Below are positions 9,144 to 14,206 of a stretch of 32,000 nt of DNA, in pieces (the first letter of the stretch is position 1; each line of letters starts with the position of its first letter). The position numbers were made by a program, and so were the translations under genes. Below the pieces are notes generated by a model. The model saw nothing but the letters and a program-made list of their open reading frames with translations, had not been told where the DNA came from and did no database searches. Source of the stretch: Sinorhizobium meliloti (GTDB lineage Bacteria; Pseudomonadota; Alphaproteobacteria; Rhizobiales; Rhizobiaceae); contig NZ_JAGIOS010000002.1 in the NCBI RefSeq assembly GCF_017876815.1, positions 1,110,001 to 1,142,000 of the forward strand, in the 5' to 3' direction.

Positions 9144-9149
9144 CCGGTT
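9125..9149 (+). promoter_or_regulatory. EcfG/RpoE2-type general-stress promoter candidate (GGAAC-N16-GGTT)
   Basis: GGAAC at 9125-9129, 16-nt spacer, GGTT at 9146-9149. It overlaps the 3' end of the preceding ORF and lies 64 nt upstream of ATG 9213. Confidence 0.4.
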
Positions 9150-9212
9150 AGACCGGGTGCCAGCAAGACGTCGGTATCGAAACGCGACGACACATGCGTG
9201 AGGAGATCCCCA

Positions 9213-9392
9213 ATGAGCAGCCGACCACCGCCAATCCCTCCGGACAATCGCAGCGACAAGGGAACAGGAGAGCCTGGAACCGTGTTGGCCGAGTCGAAGA
9301 AGCCGGACGTGGCCGAGAACCCCGAGAAGAAGGGCCAGCAGGGCAACACGAAGGTCAATACGACCCATCAAGGCTACCAACAGGACAGATGA
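9213..9392 (+). CDS. small hydrophilic protein (59 aa), probably stress-induced
   Basis: ATG 9213 is preceded by GAGGAG at 7-nt spacing. The product MSSRPPPIPPDNRSDKGTGEPG..KKGQQGNTKVNTTHQGYQQDR is low-complexity and charged. The ..QGN.K.NTT.QGYQQDR tail resembles small conserved hypothetical proteins of Rhizobiales as I recall them. Confidence 0.55.
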   Translation: MSSRPPPIPPDNRSDKGTGEPGTVLAESKKPDVAENPEKKGQQGNTKVNTTHQGYQQDR

Positions 9393-9402
9393 GGCAGAGC
9401 GC

Positions 9403-9600
9403 ATGTCCACATCCAAGAAGACGCCAGCAAGCATCCGCCAGGGCGGTCCGGGAGCCTCGCACGAAAATGCAAAGGAGCCGCTGGAAATACCAAAGCCGCC
9501 AGCCGACTCCGAGCGCCGCACGCGCAGCAAGGTTTCCGGCGGCGGAGGCGAGCCTGACCGCCACCACAGTCACGACGCGAGGCGCAAGGGCGGGCATTGA
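9403..9600 (+). CDS. small hydrophilic basic protein (65 aa), hypothetical
   Basis: ATG 9403 lies 10 nt after the previous stop, with GAGG upstream. The product is disordered-looking (..KVSGGGGEPDRHHSHDARRKGGH). Coding status is uncertain. Confidence 0.4.
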   Translation: MSTSKKTPASIRQGGPGASHENAKEPLEIPKPPADSERRTRSKVSGGGGEPDRHHSHDARRKGGH

Positions 9601-9619
9601 CCATCGCCACTGCCTCGGA

Positions 9620-9644
9620 TGAACAATTCCTCATCGCAGGCGTT
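9620..9644 (+). promoter_or_regulatory. weaker EcfG-like motif (TGAAC-N16-CGTT)
   Basis: TGAAC at 9620-9624 (one mismatch to GGAAC), 16-nt spacer, CGTT at 9641-9644, 34 nt upstream of ATG 9678. Confidence 0.25.
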
Positions 9645-9677
9645 CTGCTTGACCCGCAACGGGTGGAGGAGTTCGCC

Positions 9678-9782
9678 ATGCGACGCGGTTTGCGCCATCA
9701 CCCAATGGTCGACCTGATCGTGTTCATCGCCGCCGTCGGGCTGGTTTCGGCGATCATGGTCGTGTCTCTCTTCTTCGGCTGA
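9678..9782 (+). CDS. 34-aa single-TM peptide, hypothetical
   Basis: ATG 9678 is preceded by GGAGGAG at 7-nt spacing. The product is MRRGLRHHPMVDLIVFIAAVGLVSAIMVVSLFFG: a basic N-terminus followed by one hydrophobic helix. Confidence 0.4.
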   Translation: MRRGLRHHPMVDLIVFIAAVGLVSAIMVVSLFFG

Positions 9783-9784
9783 GC

Positions 9785-9970
9785 ATGTCGCGACGGCAGA
9801 AGTCTGCTGCCGCTGCATGACGTCGCTGCGGAGGAGGCACTTTCCGCAGCGACGGCGGCGCCCCCGGGGAGGGGAGGAGGGAGGGACGCCGCCCGGGTCG
9901 ATTCCGGCATAGCGGAGGGGACAAGAGCCGACCCGTTCTTCTGGACAAGCCGCTTTGGGTAAAGCGACGG
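9785..9970 (-). ncRNA. candidate trans-acting sRNA with CCUCC-type anti-SD motifs (alpha-r14/'cuckoo'/CcsR-like); boundaries approximate
   Basis: Minus-strand promoter-like motif: GGAAC (10000-9996)-N16-TGTT (9979-9976). Downstream on the minus strand there are four elements. (1) A 5' hairpin CGCTTT-ACCC-AAAGCG (9966-9951). (2) CCCCUCC (9920-9914). (3) A CCCGGG/CCCGGG stem (9897-9892 with 9868-9863) whose loop contains CCCUCCCUCCUCCCCUC. (4) A perfect 12-bp hairpin (9854-9821) with CCUCCUCC (9837-9830) at the loop/stem junction. No U-tract terminator was found on this strand. Confidence 0.25.
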
Positions 9971-10068
9971 CGCCTAACACTCTGCGCCGCGGATGGTTCC
10001 GAGAAATACATGCCAAACGGCAATTCTGTTTCTGCCCCGGTCCGCTGGGGAAGAATGCCGGCCGCCTG

Positions 10069-10109
10069 CAGCGCCGCGCGTCTTGTCAGACGCGCAAAGC
10101 GCTGTTTTT
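10069..10109 (+). terminator. compound intrinsic terminator, plus strand
   Basis: Outer stem CAGCGC (10069-10074) / GCGCTG (10099-10104). Inner stem GCGCGTC (10076-10082) / GACGCGC (10089-10095), loop TTGTCA. Followed by TTTTT (10105-10109). It lies about 290 nt after the last plus-strand ORF. Confidence 0.55.
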
Positions 10110-10124
10110 GCCCTTTAACCGGCC

Positions 10125-10149
10125 ACGATTAAAGGAAACATGCAGTAGG
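10125..10149 (+). repeat. copy B of the 25-nt direct repeat ACGATTAAAGGAAACATGCAGTAGG
   Basis: 23/25 identical to 4302-4326. Here the TTAAAGG part pairs with an upstream CCTTTAA (10112-10118). It lies between the plus-strand terminator and the stop (10164-10166) of the convergent molybdopterin-subunit gene. Confidence 0.65.
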
Positions 10150-10163
10150 CGGCCGGCACGCGC

Positions 10164-12377
10164 TCAGGCGTTGAGCGATTTCGCGAAGGGCATGACGCGG
10201 ATCCGCTTGCCGAGCGCCTTGAAGGCGGCATTGGCAACCGCAGGGCCGATCGGCGGAACGCCGGGCTCGCCGATCCCCGAAGGCGGATTGGCGGAGGCGA
10301 CGATATGAACCTCCACCTTCGGCATCGCATCGATCCTGAGTGGTGTGTACATGTCGAAGTTCCCCTGATCGACCTTGCCGTCGGTCAGCGTGATTTCCTC
10401 ACCCAGGATGGCGCTCAGCCCGAAGCCGATACCGCCCTCGACCTGAGCGCGGACCTGATCCGGATTGATCGCGAGACCACAATCGACGGCAGCCACGACG
10501 CGCTCGACCTTGATACCGTCGCCATCGACGGAGACCTCGGCGATCTGTGCCACAACCGAACCGAAGCTCTCGGCGACGGCGACGCCCCGGAAGCGGCCTT
10601 TGGGCAACGGCTTCTGCCATTCGGCCTTCTCCGCTGCGAGCTTGAGAACGGTCGCATGGCGCGAGTCCGGCTTCAGCATCGACAGTCGGAACTCGAGCGG
10701 ATCCCGTCCCGCAGCCTCGGCAACCTCGTCCAGAAAAGCTTCGGCTGCGAATGCGGTGTGTGTCGAGCCGACGGAGCGCCACCAGAGAACCGGGACGCGG
10801 ACGTCGGTGGTCGTGAGGCCGACGCTCTGATTCGCAATGGCATAGGGGAGGTTGTTGGCGCCCTCCACCGAGGTCGGGTCGACCCCGTTCTGGACCATGC
10901 CGTCCCAGGCCGTTTTCGCCATGATCGACTGGCCGACGATGTGATCGCTCCAGGCGACGAGCTTCCCGGCTTCGTCGATCCCGGCCTTCAGCCGATGCAC
11001 ATAGGCCGGACGATACCGGCCCGCGCGGGTGTCTTCCTCCCGCGTCCACTGCACCTTGACCGGTGCACGGAAACCGAGGGCCTTCGCCACATGGACAGCC
11101 TCTACCACGACATCGCCGTCGAATACCGCACGCCGCCCGAAGCTGCCGCCGGTCTTCATGACGTTGAGCCGGACCTTTTCGACCGGCACTCCGGCAATCT
11201 CGCTGGCGAGGTTCTGGTACACGTCGGGGAGCTGGTGCCCGCCCCAGATCTCGATCGTGCCGTCGTCGTTCCTGCGCGCGACCGCGTTCAGGGGTTCCAG
11301 GGCAGCATGCGCGAGATAGGGGAACTCGAACGTCGCTTCGATGACTTTTGCCGCCGATGTGAATGCGGCGTCGGTATCCCCGTCCTTGCGCGCGAATGCG
11401 GCCGGCGTCTTGCCGGCAAGATCGCGATAGGTGGACATCAGCTCGGGCGTTCCGCGCTTTTCGGCGCCCGTCTCGTCCCACTCAACCGTGACTGCCTCGC
11501 GGCCTTTGATCGCGGCCCACATATGCTCGCCGACCACGGCGATGCCGCGGGGCGTTTCCACCACGTCGACCACGCCCTTGATCGCACGGGCGGCGGAAGC
11601 ATCGAAGGACTTCGCCTTGGCGCCGAAGAGAGGCGGGTGGATCATCACCGCTGTCAGCATTCCGGGGAGCTTGACGTCGATGGTGTATTGCTCGGTTCCG
11701 TTTGCCTTGCGGGCACTGTCGAAGCGCTTCAGTTCGGCATTGCCGATAAGTTTCCAGTCTCCCGGCTCCTTGAGCTTCACGTCGGCCGGCACCGGCATGG
11801 TGGCCGCCTTGGCTGCAAACGCGCCGAAACCGCCGCTCTTGCCGGATGGATGCGAAAGAACGCCGTTCTCGACCGCGATCTCGGCCGCGTCGACGCCCCA
11901 TTCCGCTGCAGCGGCAGCAACCAGCATCGCCCGGGCGGCGGCACCTGCCCTGCGATAGCGCTCCCAGGAGGTGGACATGGAGGTCGACCCTCCCGTGCCC
12001 TGCATCGTGCCGCCGAAGGCGATATTGCCGTAAGCCTTGATATTGCCGGCGGCTCCGATGACGTCGATCGCGGACCAATCCGCGTCGAGTTCCTCCGCCA
12101 CCAGCGTGGCAATGCCGTTATAAGAGCCCTGGCCCATCTCGAACTGAGACGAGAGAATGGTGACCTTTCCGTCCCCGCCGATGGTCAGGTATGGGGAAAA
12201 TGCGTGTGAGCCGCTCTCCGTTGCCGCCTCGCCCGCCAGTGCCGGCGACGCGGACAGGATCCGGTACCCGATTGCGACGCCGGTGCCGGCCGCAAGCGCA
12301 CCGAGCAGGAATTGCCGCCGCGACGCTTCGGTCCGGGCGACGGGAAGGGTGATCGATTGCATCAGTTTCGGTATCAT
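10164..12377 (-). CDS. molybdopterin-binding large subunit of an IorB/aldehyde-oxidase-type oxidoreductase, Tat-exported
   Basis: ATG 12377 ([33 protein letters not shown]..) gives a twin-arginine signal. GGAGG lies upstream and only 1 nt separates it from the small-subunit stop. The long body resembles the xanthine dehydrogenase family. The track ORF's extra 74 codons overlap the upstream gene. Confidence 0.9.
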   Translation of the reverse strand: MIPKLMQSITLPVARTEASRRQFLLGALAAGTGVAIGYRILSASPALAGEAATESGSHAFSPYLTIGGDGKVTILSSQFEMGQGSYNGIATLVAEELDADWSAIDVIGAAGNIKAYGNIAFGGTMQGTGGSTSMSTSWERYRRAGAAARAMLVAAAAAEWGVDAAEIAVENGVLSHPSGKSGGFGAFAAKAATMPVPADVKLKEPGDWKLIGNAELKRFDSARKANGTEQYTIDVKLPGMLTAVMIHPPLFGAKAKSFDASAARAIKGVVDVVETPRGIAVVGEHMWAAIKGREAVTVEWDETGAEKRGTPELMSTYRDLAGKTPAAFARKDGDTDAAFTSAAKVIEATFEFPYLAHAALEPLNAVARRNDDGTIEIWGGHQLPDVYQNLASEIAGVPVEKVRLNVMKTGGSFGRRAVFDGDVVVEAVHVAKALGFRAPVKVQWTREEDTRAGRYRPAYVHRLKAGIDEAGKLVAWSDHIVGQSIMAKTAWDGMVQNGVDPTSVEGANNLPYAIANQSVGLTTTDVRVPVLWWRSVGSTHTAFAAEAFLDEVAEAAGRDPLEFRLSMLKPDSRHATVLKLAAEKAEWQKPLPKGRFRGVAVAESFGSVVAQIAEVSVDGDGIKVERVVAAVDCGLAINPDQVRAQVEGGIGFGLSAILGEEITLTDGKVDQGNFDMYTPLRIDAMPKVEVHIVASANPPSGIGEPGVPPIGPAVANAAFKALGKRIRVMPFAKSLNA

Positions 12378-12378
12378 G

Positions 12379-12837
12379 TCAGGCCTCCAGACGCTTCGCG
12401 GCTTCGTGAATGCCCGCGCGGATACGATGATAGGTGGCGCACCGACAGAGATTGCCGGACATGGCGGCGTCGATGTCCGCGTCGGTTGGTTTGGGATTGT
12501 TGGCCAGAAGGTCCGTTGCGGACATGATCTGGCCGGACTGACAGTAGCCGCATTGCGGAACGTCGAGATCGGCCCAGACGGCCTGTACCGTCTCGGCAAC
12601 CTTGCCCTTCAGGCCCTCGACCGTCGTCACCTCGGCGCCTTCGATGTCGCCGATGAAGGTTTGACAGGACCGAGTGGGTGAACCGTCGACATAAACCGTG
12701 CAGGCGCCGCATTGCGCCATGCCGCAGCCGAACTTCGTGCCCGTCAACCCGACAAGGTCGCGGATCGCCCAGAGAAGCGGCATATCCGCCTCGGCCTCTA
12801 TCTTGTGTTCGACGCCGTTGATCTTAACAGTCACCAT
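12379..12837 (-). CDS. (2Fe-2S)-binding small subunit of the same oxidoreductase
   Basis: ATG 12837 ([11 protein letters not shown]..) is preceded by GAGGAG. Cysteine motifs are [20 protein letters not shown] and CRCATY. Confidence 0.92.
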   Translation of the reverse strand: MVTVKINGVEHKIEAEADMPLLWAIRDLVGLTGTKFGCGMAQCGACTVYVDGSPTRSCQTFIGDIEGAEVTTVEGLKGKVAETVQAVWADLDVPQCGYCQSGQIMSATDLLANNPKPTDADIDAAMSGNLCRCATYHRIRAGIHEAAKRLEA

Positions 12838-13113
12838 GGTGCTCTCCTCGCGTTTCGGCGCGTGGATGCGGGACGCCGCTGCCACATGCCGGACTGCCGA
12901 TGGCGCGGATGTGGAAAGGTCTTCCGCCCACATTCCGCTCAAACTATTGGATTCGATCACGGTCATGATTCAGGGCAACCTGATCTAAGACCATGAACGA
13001 GACCTGGAGCTTAGAAGACCATTCGCCGAGCTGATAGATTCAATCCTGCCGAATTATTGCCCATTACTGCCAGGTTAACGGGATCGTGATCATCCCGCCG
13101 GGTGGGACAGCAA

Positions 13114-14070
13114 TCAGCCTGCGGAGTTCCGCCTGGTCGAATCGTTGGAATTCAGAATCGCCCGGATGTCGCGCAGCGGCGGATGGCCGAATGCCCGGCG
13201 ATACTCCCGGTTGAACTGAGTCGGGCTCTCGTAGCCGACCTGCAGCGCCGCCGTCGCCGCATCGAGCGACTTGGAAAGCATCAGTTCCCGTGCGTGATGC
13301 AGTCGCAGATGCTTCTGGAACTGCAGCGGGCTCATTGCGGTCATCGCACGGAAGTGATGGTGCAGCGTGGAGACGCCCATATTGGCGATCTCGGCGAGTT
13401 CTTCCACGCGAAGCGGTTTGGTGTAGTTTTCCTTCAACCATAGGACCGCCTTGGCGACGCGGTTGCTGTGCGTGCCCGCGAGCGCGAAGCGCCGCAGCCG
13501 CGCGCCCTGCTCGCCGGTGAGAAGCCGATAGAGGATCTCGTTCTGGATATGGCCGGCCAGGAACGGAATGTCGGCCGGCGAGCTCGCAAGCGAAATCAGC
13601 CGGAACAGGGCGTCGAAGAGCTCGCGCGTCGCGGTACCGACAGCCACACCAAGGTCGCGTTCGGGAATGTCGGTCGGGTGTATGTCGTGATCAGCAATGA
13701 TGCGCCGCACTTTTTCCATGTCCAGCCGCAAGGCGGCTGCGACATAGGGCTCCCCTTCGCTCGCTGCGCAGATCTGCGCAGTTACGGGAACCCCGATGGC
13801 GGTCAGGAAGAAGCAGCCTTCATCGTATACGAGCGTCTCGTTGCCGACGCGGACATTCTTGCTGCCCTTGATGATGAAGGAGAGGCTCGGCTCGTATACG
13901 CTCGAAAAGGGGCCCGCCGGCTCGACGATGCGATAGAGCGACAGGCCTGGAACGGGATGCGCGAAGGAAAGCCCGTCCCAGGGCAATTTCGACAGCCTGT
14001 CGAGAATCTGCGCGCGCAGGGCTGCGGTCTCTTCGCGCAAGTCCTTCTGCGGGAACATGATCGTGCTCAT
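13114..14070 (-). CDS. AraC-family transcriptional regulator (AraC_N-type ligand domain plus C-terminal HTH)
   Basis: ATG 14070 (MSTIMFPQKDL..) is preceded by AGGAG. The C-terminal HTH reads ..VEELAEIANMGVSTLHHHFRAMTAMSPLQFQKHLRLHHARELM..VGYESPTQFNREYRRAFGHPP. It is co-directional with and upstream of the oxidoreductase genes. Confidence 0.9.
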   Translation of the reverse strand: MSTIMFPQKDLREETAALRAQILDRLSKLPWDGLSFAHPVPGLSLYRIVEPAGPFSSVYEPSLSFIIKGSKNVRVGNETLVYDEGCFFLTAIGVPVTAQICAASEGEPYVAAALRLDMEKVRRIIADHDIHPTDIPERDLGVAVGTATRELFDALFRLISLASSPADIPFLAGHIQNEILYRLLTGEQGARLRRFALAGTHSNRVAKAVLWLKENYTKPLRVEELAEIANMGVSTLHHHFRAMTAMSPLQFQKHLRLHHARELMLSKSLDAATAALQVGYESPTQFNREYRRAFGHPPLRDIRAILNSNDSTRRNSAG

Positions 14071-14160
14071 TCTGCTCCTGCCTCTCTGTGTCCTTTTATG
14101 TAGATCGAACCCGATCACATTATCACATTATTCTGATCTCGACAGAATTGGGCAAGAGTA

Positions 14161-14189
14161 GCCGATCTGCGTGCTCGCGCAGAATCGGC
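14161..14189 (-). terminator. hairpin downstream of the RND gene (weak terminator candidate)
   Basis: GCCGAT-C-TGCG..CGCA-GA-ATCGGC imperfect stem, 18 nt beyond the RND stop (14207-14209). No clear U-tract. Confidence 0.3.
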
Positions 14190-14206
14190 TAATAACCGGA
14201 CTCCGC

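Noticed and set aside
9887-9912. tRNA T-arm-like string GGGTCGATTCCGG, which could have marked a tRNA-fragment att site.
   Set aside because: It is one base short of the GGTTCGATTCC consensus. There is no acceptor stem, anticodon arm or CCA context, and no integrase nearby.
9955-10308. 117-aa plus-strand ORF, plus minus-strand ORFs 9570-10016, 9698-9910 and 9754-10023, across the structured intergenic region.
   Set aside because: No SD is present (start contexts are C-rich). The products are Arg/Pro/Ala low-complexity. They span terminator and hairpin structures and run into the convergent gene.
10305-12209. Long ORFs antisense to clearly assignable genes. Examples: 10305-12209 (+), 15032-16402 (+), 17118-18533 (+), 14171-15031 (+), 22264-23652 (-), 28658-30220 (-), 30734-31843 (-), 6902-8527 (-), 3146-4207 (-), 19368-20336 (-), 20303-21154 (-), 25034-26484 (-).
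   Set aside because: They lie opposite genes with recognisable family signatures. Their products are Arg/Asp/Gly/His-rich low-complexity strings, typical of the open antisense frames that high GC3 content generates. None has a convincing SD or start.
12378-12599. N-terminal extensions of track ORFs: 811-aa versus 738-aa molybdopterin subunit, 195- versus 152-aa 2Fe-2S subunit, 684- versus 639-aa unknown protein, 572- versus 516-aa ATPase, 409- versus 384-aa MFP, 334- versus 318-aa AraC, 290- versus 263-aa OMP.
   Set aside because: The extensions overlap upstream genes or lack an SD. Internal starts have good SDs and produce proper signal peptides, Tat motifs or lipoboxes, or a start/stop overlap with the upstream gene.
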